From a virus (lineage: Duplodnaviria > Caudoviricetes): 36,788 nucleotides of DNA. The DNA is taken from the IMG/VR virus record IMGVR_UViG_3300020556_000009, positions 1-36,788 of that record; one strand, written 5' to 3'. Positions 1-8,617 of the stretch are shown piece by piece. Position 1 is the first letter of the stretch. Every line of letters starts with the position of its first letter. The position numbers and the translations under genes were made by a program. The notes beneath the pieces were generated by a model. The model was not told the origin of the DNA and searched no databases. It saw only the letters and a list, made by a program, of their open reading frames with translations.

Positions 1-1410
1 CACTTCACTCAATCGACCAGCGGTAACAGGCCGCTACGAAAGACGGGTCAGCAGAACGGGCTTGGTACGTTGCTGTTTGCGGCCGGTGCCGTTGCAAGTC
101 GCGGCGATGATATTTTGATCGGCTCTGATTTTGGTGATTACCTTCAATCCGGCCAGTCCGCGACAGTATTTGTTGTATTCAAGACGCTAACGTCCGACGT
201 GCGGCATGAATTGATAAATAAGCAGGACGCCTCGGGCGGATGGCGATTTCTTGTGGAAAGCGACAACAAGGTAAAGCTTTTCTTTGATGACAACAGCGGC
301 GGTCGGACCACGGTAGAAACTGCCAGCACTGTCTCTACCAGCAGTTATTCTGTTCTAGTTTTTAAGGCTTCTGGCGGCTCGCTGTCGTCAGCAGCAATTT
401 ACAAAAACGGCGCTTCGCTTCCGGTATCTGCATCCGGGTCGGTGCAGAGCGTAGACGACAACTCGGCGGCTGTTGAGGTTGGCGGTGGAACGAGCGGGGG
501 CGTGATATACGACTCGCTCAACGGCGACATCGGCGAGATCATCATCTACAACGCCGCACTCTCCGACACCGACCGCGCATCTGTGGAGAGCTACCTGATC
601 GCCAAGTGGGGGATCACGCCTGCCCCTGTCCCCCAGACGATTGCTGGCCTTCAACTCTGGCTTGACGCCTCCGACGCCAGCACACTTTACGACGCGACCA
701 CCGGCGGCTCGCTCGTCGCGGCGGATGGCGGCGTAGCGAGGTGGGAAGACAAATCTGGCAACGCGAGACACGCTACGCAGGGCACCAGCGCGAATCGGCC
801 AGCGAGGAAGACGGCAGTGCAGGGCGGCAAGGACGTGCTGCGGTTTGATGGGAGCAATGACTCTCTATCTATCCCAAGCAGCACGGAGACGTTTAAGTTT
901 TTGCACAGTGCCGATAGCACAGTGTTTGTAGTGCTTACGCGATCCACAACAGACAACAGCGCCATTATTGATAATTGCGACGACGGTAGCTCAGCAGTCG
1001 GTTTTTCGTTGCGCTTCTTAGATGGCTCTGGCACTAGCGACGTACTGGTTCACCGAATAAGGCGCGGCGTTTCTGCAACCTCTGCTTTATCCAATGTTTC
1101 CGCAAACGGGTTTATGCCGTCTGGCTGGAGCGTGCTGTCATCGGTCGGCAGGCCAGGAAATGCAACCGCGTCCAATCGTTCTTCCATGCGGCTTAACTCT
1201 GGCACAGCAGTTACAAACAACACTGATACAAACGCTGTTTCAACAAGCAATGCTGCAAATGATTTGTGTATTGGAAGGTTTGTAACGAGCCCGAGCGCCA
1301 ACACACATGGCGGCGACATCGCCGAAATCATCATCTACAACTCTGCACTCTCCGACACCGACCGCGCCGCAGTGGAGAGCTACCTGATCGCCAAGTGGGT
1401 GATCGCATGA
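1..1410 (+). CDS. Tandem LamG/concanavalin-A-like domain virion fibre or adhesin (5' truncated)
   Basis: The frame is open from base 1 (HFTQSTSGNRP...). It contains LQLWLDASD...VARWEDKSGN and two copies of GDI(G/A)EIIIYN.ALSD.DR..VESYL.AKW, typical of phage LamG-like repeats. Confidence 0.8.
   Translation, partial: HFTQSTSGNRPLRKTGQQNGLGTLLFAAGAVASRGDDILIGSDFGDYLQSGQSATVFVVFKTLTSDVRHELINKQDASGGWRFLVESDNKVKLFFDDNSGGRTTVETASTVSTSSYSVLVFKASGGSLSSAAIYKNGASLPVSASGSVQSVDDNSAAVEVGGGTSGGVIYDSLNGDIGEIIIYNAALSDTDRASVESYLIAKWGITPAPVPQTIAGLQLWLDASDASTLYDATTGGSLVAADGGVARWEDKSGNARHATQGTSANRPARKTAVQGGKDVLRFDGSNDSLSIPSSTETFKFLHSADSTVFVVLTRSTTDNSAIIDNCDDGSSAVGFSLRFLDGSGTSDVLVHRIRRGVSATSALSNVSANGFMPSGWSVLSSVGRPGNATASNRSSMRLNSGTAVTNNTDTNAVSTSNAANDLCIGRFVTSPSANTHGGDIAEIIIYNSALSDTDRAAVESYLIAKWVIA
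522..1404 (+). repeat. 94-bp intragenic direct repeat (522-615 and 1311-1404)
   Basis: Manual alignment shows 8 mismatches in 94 nt. The offset of 789 nt is in frame. Confidence 0.9.
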
Positions 1411-1547
1411 CCGACCTCCTGACAACCGCCGCCGTCTCCCTCGCTGCATGGCTGGCCTGCTGCGTCGCGCTGATGCAGGCGTTGCGTTGGCTGACCAGCC
1501 CGGAGGCGGTGCAGGTGATCGAGCAGGTCGCAGAGATGACGAGGTAG
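1407..1547 (+). CDS. Small single-TM hypothetical protein (46 aa)
   Basis: ATGA overlap with the upstream stop, and a hydrophobic N-terminal half [23 protein letters not shown]. Confidence 0.6.
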   Translation: MTDLLTTAAVSLAAWLACCVALMQALRWLTSPEAVQVIEQVAEMTR

Positions 1548-1551
1548 CGCG

Positions 1552-2217
1552 ATGCCGTTCTTTAGCCTGCCATCCGGCGCGTCGCCGATCTTCGCCGGTC
1601 CCACTGCGCCAACCGGCGGCGTCGGCCAGGTCGGCGATCTTTTTATCGTCAAAGGACCGACCGGTGCTGGCCTGCTCTATGGCCCGAAGGATGCCGTCAG
1701 CGGGTGGCAGGAACCGATTAATTTTGCCCTTGCTCCGACTGGAAATACGGGAGCAACCGGCAGCACAGGCCCGACCGGCGCTGCCTCTACCGTGACCGGC
1801 CCGACCGGAAGCACTGGCCCAAGCGTGACTGGCCCGACCGGCGCTGCGTCTACGATCACAGGCCCTACCGGGTTCACCGGCCCAAGCGTGACAGGCCCTA
1901 CGGGGGCTACTGGGGCTGCGTCAAATGTCACTGGCCCAACGGGCAATACGGGCTCTACCGGAGCGTCTATTACTGGCCCGACCGGTGCGGCATCGACTGT
2001 GACAGGCCCGACGGGCGCTACAGGTCCGCTTGGTCCTGTTGGCAGCACTGGGCCAGAAGGCGGCCCAACTGGCCCCACGGGATCGACAGGCCCTGCTGGC
2101 GCTGATGGCTTTGTTGGAAGTAATGGGGCGACCGGCCCGACTGGTCCATCAGGCGGCCCGACCGGCCCGACAGGCCCCGCTGCGTCTGCCATCGGCCTGA
2201 TCCTCGCACTCTCATGA
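1552..2217 (+). CDS. Collagen-like (GPT/GxT) Thr/Ser-rich fibre protein
   Basis: Long interrupted G-P-T/G-x-T repeats (ASTVTGPTG units) and a short hydrophobic C-terminus AIGLILALS. Confidence 0.85.
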   Translation: MPFFSLPSGASPIFAGPTAPTGGVGQVGDLFIVKGPTGAGLLYGPKDAVSGWQEPINFALAPTGNTGATGSTGPTGAASTVTGPTGSTGPSVTGPTGAASTITGPTGFTGPSVTGPTGATGAASNVTGPTGNTGSTGASITGPTGAASTVTGPTGATGPLGPVGSTGPEGGPTGPTGSTGPAGADGFVGSNGATGPTGPSGGPTGPTGPAASAIGLILALS

Positions 2218-3278
2218 TCGACCACCTGTCAGCGATCATCCAGCACGCCTACTACTGTGGCGAGCTTGATGCCGGCCGCCGTGCGTGCGAGCGTGCGCTG
2301 TCGCTGCCTCCAGTCGAAACCGTGGAGGAAACCATTCGCGCAAACCGCACGTGGTACACGGAGCCGCTCGCCGATCTCGTAGACGTGTCGTTTCAGCGGT
2401 TTGACATTGAGCCAGCGTACGAAGGCTGGTCGCTCTTCAACCCGTCCATCATCGCCCACCAGGGCCGTCTGCTGGCAATCGTTCGCAGTAGCAACTACCG
2501 CATCGTGGATGGCCAGTATGTGATGCCCGACGCCGATGCTGGCGTCATCCGCACGGAGAACATCCTGTGCGACGTTGACGCTGCCATGGGCGTCATCGAC
2601 GCCCGCATTATCACCGACGTGCAATACCGCAAGAGCGGCTATCCGGTCGACGGGTTCGAGGACTGCCGCCTACGGCATACCCAAACGGGTATAGGTGTGT
2701 CTGCGACCGTGCGAAACATTGCGGGGCTCGACGGGCGGTGCCGTATCGCCACTGCGGATCTGGACGTCGAGTCGGCCACGTTGTCGAACATGAAGGTCAT
2801 GACAGGCGTCAGCCCGCAAGACCACGAAAAGAACTGGATGCCGTGGCAGCGAGGCTGGCTCTACTCCTGCTGCCACGACGGGCACGTGGTAACGGTGGAG
2901 CCAGACCCAGAACTCGACGGCGGGTGGCAACTGTGCCAGCGGTCAACATCGCCGCCGATTGCTAGGGCATTCCGCGGCGGCTCGCAGCTCGTGCCGTTCC
3001 ACGACGGCTGGCTCTGCCTAGTCCACGAGGTGGCGTGGCTCGGTGACAGGCGGGCGTACGAGCATCGGTTCGTCTGGTTTGACACGCTCATGACAATCGC
3101 ACGGGTGTCGCCGCCTTTCGCGTTTCGGGAAACGCAGGCGATCGAGTTTGCCGCCGGGCTCGCGCAGCTAGGCGACGATCTCTACGCGACGTTCGGCGTG
3201 AGGGACGCCGAAGCGTGGATGGCTCGCATGGATGCGGACGACGCATGGCGACTCTTGTCACCGGCTACGTGCGGCTAG
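2214..3278 (+). CDS. Five-bladed beta-propeller glycosidase/glycosyltransferase-like protein with N-terminal TPR-like remnant
   Basis: Motifs FNPSI, GFEDCRL, EKNWMP, FRGGSQL, HRFVWFD, IEFAAGL and TFGVRD. ATGA coupling to the collagen gene. Confidence 0.65.
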   Translation: MIDHLSAIIQHAYYCGELDAGRRACERALSLPPVETVEETIRANRTWYTEPLADLVDVSFQRFDIEPAYEGWSLFNPSIIAHQGRLLAIVRSSNYRIVDGQYVMPDADAGVIRTENILCDVDAAMGVIDARIITDVQYRKSGYPVDGFEDCRLRHTQTGIGVSATVRNIAGLDGRCRIATADLDVESATLSNMKVMTGVSPQDHEKNWMPWQRGWLYSCCHDGHVVTVEPDPELDGGWQLCQRSTSPPIARAFRGGSQLVPFHDGWLCLVHEVAWLGDRRAYEHRFVWFDTLMTIARVSPPFAFRETQAIEFAAGLAQLGDDLYATFGVRDAEAWMARMDADDAWRLLSPATCG

Positions 3279-3940
3279 ACAGCGGGCATAGGGCACACTC
3301 TCGGTATGTCGGCCTCGGCCGCAGGCTCCTTGACCTGTGCCTGCCGACTGTTGCGTTTTACGACGGCGACCCGGCACCGTTCGATCCGCCCACGCAAACA
3401 GAAATCCGGCCAGCCCGATTGGATTTGTGCTGGCTCTATCAGGCGTCACGTACAGCCAGCCAGCCGCCGGGGCGGTCAGACAAAGACACGGTCAATTACT
3501 GCGTCGTCCAGCACCAAAAAAGCCTATGGCTGGCGGATGCCGCGCGCATCGCCGGCAGTCACGTGGTGTGGATTGATTTCGGGATTTTTCACCTCACCGA
3601 CGTCAAAGAGCGGCACGTGCAGCAGCTGCTGGCGAAGGTCGAGCAGTCACCTCCTGACAGAATCACGCTTCCGGGGATCTGGCCGCTTGACGGTCGCCCT
3701 ACGATCAACTTTTTGTCGCCAGCGTGGTACGTGGCTGGGGGCGTGGTCGTCATGCCGCCACGACTGGCGGACTGGTTCCACGAGACTGCCATGTGCTACG
3801 CCACGCTGCAGCTAGAGCAAAGCGGCAGAACAACGTGGGAAGTCAACACGTGGTCTGCGATTTATCGTGACCACCCAGAGAAGTTCCACGTGTATCAAGC
3901 TGACCACAACGCCACGCTCTTCACGGGATACCTGTCGTGA
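3245..3940 (+). CDS. HtrL/YibB (WlaTC)-like putative glycosyltransferase
   Basis: N-terminal TLVTGY, central WIDFGIFH and W...GG motifs. ATG at 3245 is the preferred start. Confidence 0.6.
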   Translation: MATLVTGYVRLDSGHRAHSRYVGLGRRLLDLCLPTVAFYDGDPAPFDPPTQTEIRPARLDLCWLYQASRTASQPPGRSDKDTVNYCVVQHQKSLWLADAARIAGSHVVWIDFGIFHLTDVKERHVQQLLAKVEQSPPDRITLPGIWPLDGRPTINFLSPAWYVAGGVVVMPPRLADWFHETAMCYATLQLEQSGRTTWEVNTWSAIYRDHPEKFHVYQADHNATLFTGYLS

Positions 3941-4692
3941 GAATTTCGGCGATTGTCACCACCTATCGACGCTTCTGGAAGTGCTGCAGGGCAATCGACT
4001 CGATCCTTGCACAGACGCATCCTGTAGACGAGGTGGTGGTTGTCGATAATGGCTCGCCGGAACCAGAGTATCACTCGCTGCATGACCGCTACGCGGATAC
4101 TGCGGTGCCAATCACCGTTGTGCGGCTGTCACGTGGCACGCACACGCAGGAACCACTGCGCGACGACGCCGGGCGGGAAATTTCCATCGCGTGTCGAGAC
4201 ACCACAAACGTCGGATTTTGCCTCGCGCGTGGCGACTGGTTCGCGATGTGCCACGATGACGACGAGTGGATGCCACACCGCATCGAGCGGCAAGTGCAGG
4301 CAATGCAGCGGCATCCAGAATGCCTGCTTTTTAATGCCAGCATCATCAACAGAACCGAAGACGGTTGCGTTCACGGCATACACCACGACTACTACGGGCC
4401 GCACGGAGTGCAAGCGTCAGAAGGCGTGACAGACGTGACTGGGTGCGTGCCGCACTTCAACCCGATGGCAGTGTCAGCCCTGCTTTTCTCCAGAAAGCTG
4501 ACAGACGCGCTCGGCGGGTGGCAGCACTGGGTGCCAGACGATCTTGGCATGGCTATGCGACGGCTGGCGGCGAGTGACTGGGATTTCTACCGGCGTGCTG
4601 CCACTACAACGCGACTGCTACGCCTAGACGAGCCGCTTGTCTACTACGAAGTCGGCAACGTCAAGCACGAGGGGCATATGAGCTATGCCTAA
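3937..4692 (+). CDS. Glycosyltransferase family 2 (GT-A)
   Basis: ISAIVTTYRR...AIDSILAQT...EVVVVDNGS, DxD-like HDDDEW, and SDWDFY. Confidence 0.9.
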   Translation: MRISAIVTTYRRFWKCCRAIDSILAQTHPVDEVVVVDNGSPEPEYHSLHDRYADTAVPITVVRLSRGTHTQEPLRDDAGREISIACRDTTNVGFCLARGDWFAMCHDDDEWMPHRIERQVQAMQRHPECLLFNASIINRTEDGCVHGIHHDYYGPHGVQASEGVTDVTGCVPHFNPMAVSALLFSRKLTDALGGWQHWVPDDLGMAMRRLAASDWDFYRRAATTTRLLRLDEPLVYYEVGNVKHEGHMSYA

Positions 4693-5743
4693 AGTCGGCA
4701 TTTACGCTCTGGCACAAAACGAGGCAAAGCACGCCGCCGCGTGGGCGGAATCATGTGCGGATGCCGATGTGCGGGTAGTGACCGACACGGGCTCGACCGA
4801 CGGCACGCAGGGTATCCTCGTGCAACAGGGTGTGACGGTGTGCAACGGGTACGTCTGCCCGTGGCGTTGGGACGACGCCCACAACCTGAGCCTCAACCAC
4901 CTGCCGCCCGACATCGACATCGCCATCCGGCTGGATCTGGACGAGCGAATCCTGCCCGGCTGGCGGGAGGCTGTCGAAAGAGCGTGGACGGGCGATGTGA
5001 ACAACCTCCGCTACCGCTACGCCTGGTCGCTCAAGCCAGACGGGTCTCCGGGTCTGGTCTTCTACTGCGACCGGGTGCATGCCAGGCATGGCTTTCGGTG
5101 GGCGCAGGCAACGCACGAGGGGCTGATGTGCTGGACGGGAGACAAAGTGCAGGCAATCGCCGAGGGGCTTGAGGTCCACCACCACCGCGAGCCCGGCAAG
5201 GTCCACAAATCCGACCTGACGCTATTGCGGGTGGCGGTTCGAGAGGCACCAGGAGACGCTCGTGCCCAGTGGTATCTGGCACGTGAGATGAGCTACGCCG
5301 GGCTGCCCGAAGCCGCTGCGGAGTTCTTGGCGTATCTCAAGATGCCAGGCGGGCAGGCGACGGAGCGTGCCTACGCCCGCCGGTATCTCTATCTTGTGAC
5401 GCAGGACGAGCGGCAGCTGCACCAGGCGACCGAGGAATGCCCCGGAGAGCCTGACGCTTGGGAGGCGTTGTCGCTGGCCCGCTACCGCCAGCAGCGGTGG
5501 CAGGAGTGCTACGAGTTCGCCACGCGAGCTATAGAGGCAGGCGACCCCGGCACCCATGCCACAGACCCTGATGCCAAAGGCCGGGCGTATGACCTCGCCA
5601 GCGTCTCTGCGTGGGAGCTAGGCAAACGTCCCGAAGCCCTCACGTTGGCACGGCAGGCGGCGACAATGCTGCCGGCGGACGTTCGCATACGGCAAAACGT
5701 CGCCGCCATGGAGCGACATACCGATGGCTTCGTATCTGCGTGA
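4685..5743 (+). CDS. GT2 glycosyltransferase with C-terminal TPR repeats (SunS/SgtA-like architecture)
   Basis: ALAQNE, VTDTGSTDGT, LDLDE and THEGL, followed by DARAQWYLARE and Ala-rich TPR-like helices. Confidence 0.85.
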   Translation: MPKVGIYALAQNEAKHAAAWAESCADADVRVVTDTGSTDGTQGILVQQGVTVCNGYVCPWRWDDAHNLSLNHLPPDIDIAIRLDLDERILPGWREAVERAWTGDVNNLRYRYAWSLKPDGSPGLVFYCDRVHARHGFRWAQATHEGLMCWTGDKVQAIAEGLEVHHHREPGKVHKSDLTLLRVAVREAPGDARAQWYLAREMSYAGLPEAAAEFLAYLKMPGGQATERAYARRYLYLVTQDERQLHQATEECPGEPDAWEALSLARYRQQRWQECYEFATRAIEAGDPGTHATDPDAKGRAYDLASVSAWELGKRPEALTLARQAATMLPADVRIRQNVAAMERHTDGFVSA

Positions 5744-6191
5744 GATCGCCCAAGGCGTAGCCGATGGCCTGGACGCCGCCACGTTCGCCTCTGTGGCCAC
5801 GCAGCCTACGGTGGAGCGTCGCAACTGGGCTCGGGTCGATGCGGCTGACATGGCCGATCCGGTGGTGTTTGTGACGCCCGGCCAGGCCGACACACAACGC
5901 ATCAGCCGGGGCGTGACGCAGGTCGACTACCAGGTACTCGTCTACATCGGCCGGCGTGTGGAGACTGAGGCAGACGCCGACGACATGCTGGATCTCGCCG
6001 ACGAGATCCTGCTGTATGTCCGGGCGCACTCATGGGGCGAGCAGGTGCAGTTTCCAGAAGACGTCACAAGCCCGCAGACGGTGTCGATTGCAATCAACCC
6101 TGACGACGCCCTGAATGAGCGTAACGTGTGGCGGGCTGTCATCACGGCGAGCTACCGGGTGTTTCAGGCGGACGAACTGCCGGAGGCGTAG
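5724..6191 (+). CDS. Putative tail terminator / head-tail completion protein
   Basis: Size, acidic alpha/beta pattern and position just upstream of the tail tube genes. Confidence 0.55.
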   Translation: MASYLREIAQGVADGLDAATFASVATQPTVERRNWARVDAADMADPVVFVTPGQADTQRISRGVTQVDYQVLVYIGRRVETEADADDMLDLADEILLYVRAHSWGEQVQFPEDVTSPQTVSIAINPDDALNERNVWRAVITASYRVFQADELPEA

Positions 6192-6835
6192 TGGCACGCT
6201 TCAAGGGCAAGACCAAGTTCAACTGGGACAAGCCGGGGCTCAAGCGGCTCGTCGGCGAAGCAGCCGCCAAGGCACTGCAAAACGCCGGCATGGACTGCCG
6301 CAGGTCGGTGCAGCGGCAGATGGTTGGCAGCTCGACTCCCAGCGGTCGCCGGCCGCGAAAGAATCCGGTCTTTCGGCAGTACGGCACGAAGGACGGCATT
6401 CCGCTGGTTGGGGCTATCTACCGCGTCGCCAGGGAAGACAAAGTTTCGTCATGGGCGCCGATGGCGTTCCTGCGAAACGACATACAAACGGATTACGACA
6501 ACACCACCAAGTCAGTGGTCATCGGCCCGTCAAAAGAGCCGTGGATCAACCAGTTGCATGAGTTCGGCGGCACGGTACATGTGTACGTCAACCACGGCCA
6601 GTACCCGTCGAAGACGTTCAGACGCCGCAAGCTGCCACGAAGTCTGCAGGGGAAAAACGGTGCGTACGTGGGCATGCTGTCCAACGTGCCGTACGGGACA
6701 AACAGCACGTACATCGGCACCCGCAGCGTCAACGGGCGCGGCTACATGGAGATCGGGCTGCAAGCCATGATCCACCGCATTCCGAGACAGTTTCAGGACA
6801 CCATCCGCAGCAGCGGTGGAAGTCTCGGACGCTGA
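6191..6835 (+). CDS. Putative neck/tail completion protein (HK97 gp10-like)
   Basis: Basic protein with LRNDI...SVVIGP...LHEFGG...RGYMEIGL. GTG start at 6191 overlaps the upstream stop. Confidence 0.6.
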   Translation: MARFKGKTKFNWDKPGLKRLVGEAAAKALQNAGMDCRRSVQRQMVGSSTPSGRRPRKNPVFRQYGTKDGIPLVGAIYRVAREDKVSSWAPMAFLRNDIQTDYDNTTKSVVIGPSKEPWINQLHEFGGTVHVYVNHGQYPSKTFRRRKLPRSLQGKNGAYVGMLSNVPYGTNSTYIGTRSVNGRGYMEIGLQAMIHRIPRQFQDTIRSSGGSLGR

Positions 6836-6906
6836 CGCCACACCCCCTCAAGGAACGCTGTTGGCAGTCGTAGTTTGGCGACATCCCCCCCGGAGGATCG
6901 CCAGAC

Positions 6907-7233
6907 ATGCCTTTTACCATCGTGCTCGGCAAAGACGTCACCATCTCTGGTGTCGCAAATGCCCGCAGCGTCACCGTCTCGTCCAGTGCGTCGGAAATCG
7001 ACGTCACCAAGTTCGGCGACACGGCTCGGAAGTTTCGCCGAGGCTTGATTGAGCAGACCGTCGAGGTCGAGTGCATCGATTCCCCCGGCGTGTCTGCCGG
7101 CGGCACGTTCACTCTCGGCGGCACCGAGACCGGCGATGTGACGTACGTCGTCACGAGCGTCGCCCAAGACCAGCCGCTCGACGACATCATCACTTTCTCC
7201 GTTTCTGCCCGCCGCGTCACCGGCCCAGCCTAA
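6907..7233 (+). CDS. Tail tube-like protein 1
   Basis: Beta-rich sequence with IVLGKD...EIDVTKFGD...GL...VEVEC...QDQPLDDIITFSVS. GGAGG RBS, located upstream of the chaperone and tape measure. Confidence 0.65.
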   Translation: MPFTIVLGKDVTISGVANARSVTVSSSASEIDVTKFGDTARKFRRGLIEQTVEVECIDSPGVSAGGTFTLGGTETGDVTYVVTSVAQDQPLDDIITFSVSARRVTGPA

Positions 7234-7251
7234 CCAGGAGCAACACGACAC

Positions 7252-7554
7252 ATGGCGATTACGCTCGGCCGCAACGCGGCCACCGCGCCTCCGGTCGGAG
7301 GCAACATCATCTCGGCCGTCTATACCTCCGAGTGCGACACGATTGACATTTCCGACCGCACCACGGGCCAGTACCGCGCGACCGCGGCCGGGTTCACCAC
7401 GAATATGTGGGAGATCGAGTGTCACGATCCCGCCAACCTCATGACGGAACTCGGCACGGTTGAGACGTCTGGATGGCAGGTCATGTCGGTCACGGAAAAC
7501 ATCACGCTCGACGGTGCCGTCACGTATCAGGTGACGCTCAAGGAAGTGTCGTAG
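7252..7554 (+). CDS. Tail tube-like protein 2 (paralog)
   Basis: ITLGRN...TIDISDR...AGF...WEIEC...ENITLDGAVTYQVT, with an AGGAG RBS. Confidence 0.6.
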   Translation: MAITLGRNAATAPPVGGNIISAVYTSECDTIDISDRTTGQYRATAAGFTTNMWEIECHDPANLMTELGTVETSGWQVMSVTENITLDGAVTYQVTLKEVS

Positions 7555-7557
7555 TGC

Positions 7558-7908
7558 ATGGCCACCATCACGCTGGGACGCAATTGCACTCTCACGGCCG
7601 GGGATCACTCGGCCGGCGTCCGTAACGTGACGGCCACCGAGACGACGCAAGAAATCGAGGTGCGGCCATACGGCTCACGCGAGATCCATTCGTACACCAC
7701 GGGCTACAGCGTCGAGGTGCAGGTCGAGACGATTGACGGCGATTTCGTGGATGCGGCGGTGACAGCGTGCGAGGCAGGTGATGAGGTGGAAGTAAGCGGC
7801 ACCGGTTTCGCGTTCACGGGCGTGGTGACAAACGTGACGAACAACCAGCCGCTCGATGACGTGTGTTCGTACACGATCACGTTCAAGAAAACGGGGAGCT
7901 ACAGGTGA
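7558..7908 (+). CDS. Tail tube-like protein 3 (paralog)
   Basis: ITLGRN...EIEVRPYG...TGY.VEVQVE...NNQPLDDVCSYTIT. Confidence 0.6.
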   Translation: MATITLGRNCTLTAGDHSAGVRNVTATETTQEIEVRPYGSREIHSYTTGYSVEVQVETIDGDFVDAAVTACEAGDEVEVSGTGFAFTGVVTNVTNNQPLDDVCSYTITFKKTGSYR

Positions 7909-8444
7909 GAGAGTTCCGAGACGATCAGGGTAGGCCGTGGCAGGTGGCGTTGACTGTCGCAGCAGCCATGAGGGTGAAGGATGCAGTCACGGTGGAAGTC
8001 GACGGCGAGAAAAAGCCGTTTGACCTGGTCGACGTTGCCAGCATCTCGCAGACGATGCAGGTGCTGCGTGGGCAATACACCACGATTGCAGAGACGCTCT
8101 ACGCCATCCTGCAGCGGCAAGTCGCCGACAAGAAGCTGACCAAGGAGGATTTCCTTGACGGCCTGCGTGGCGATGCACTCGACGCTGCGGCGAAGGTACT
8201 TGAGCAGGAGCTAGTCGATTTTTTCCCGCTCCGGCTGCGACGAATGGTCGGCCTGCTCGCAGCCAAGATGGACGAGGCAACGACGGAACTGCTGCAACGG
8301 GCCGAGGAAGCGATGGCAGCGGCGACGACGAGCGACCTGCTTGCTCAGTCTGGAATGCCATCTGGGCAGCCGCAGGCATCATCGGCGTCTACCCAGGAGA
8401 GTGGACCTTCCGACAACTCGCCGCAGCCCGCGATGGCCGCTTAG
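7905..8444 (+). CDS. Tail assembly chaperone (gpG-like)
   Basis: GTGA overlap. Lies between the tail tube and tape measure genes, and contains LVDFFP encoded over the slippery T TTT TTC. Confidence 0.75.
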   Translation: MREFRDDQGRPWQVALTVAAAMRVKDAVTVEVDGEKKPFDLVDVASISQTMQVLRGQYTTIAETLYAILQRQVADKKLTKEDFLDGLRGDALDAAAKVLEQELVDFFPLRLRRMVGLLAAKMDEATTELLQRAEEAMAAATTSDLLAQSGMPSGQPQASSASTQESGPSDNSPQPAMAA

Positions 8445-8614
8445 AGGCGGACTGGTGGCACACCAGCAACTTGATGGCCCAGTTCTATAACGCAAACAAA
8501 CCCAAAGAGAAGCCGACGGTCGACGCCTACAAGTTTCACCCTTACGCGAAGAAACCACGGCCCAAGGCCAGGCAGGCGACGCCGGAAGACCTAAAGAGAT
8601 TATTCGGAGGCTGA
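8219..8614 (+). CDS. gpT-like -1 frameshift extension of the tail chaperone
   Basis: Heptamer T TTT TTC at 8219-8225 is in phase. The -1 frame is open from 8204 to 8614 and encodes ...VWNAIWAAAGIIGVYPGEWTFRQL...DWWHTSNLMAQFYN...FHPY. Confidence 0.75.
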   Translation, partial: FFPAPAATNGRPARSQDGRGNDGTAATGRGSDGSGDDERPACSVWNAIWAAAGIIGVYPGEWTFRQLAAARDGRLEADWWHTSNLMAQFYNANKPKEKPTVDAYKFHPYAKKPRPKARQATPEDLKRLFGG

Positions 8615-8617
8615 CAA

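Noticed and set aside
522-1404. DGR template/variable repeat pair
   Set aside because: The mismatches are not adenine-specific, both copies are in-frame coding sequence, and no reverse transcriptase is present in the window.
1677-2225. Antisense collagen-like ORF (GPV repeats)
   Set aside because: It is the mirror of the GPT codon repeats on the + strand and has no independent support.
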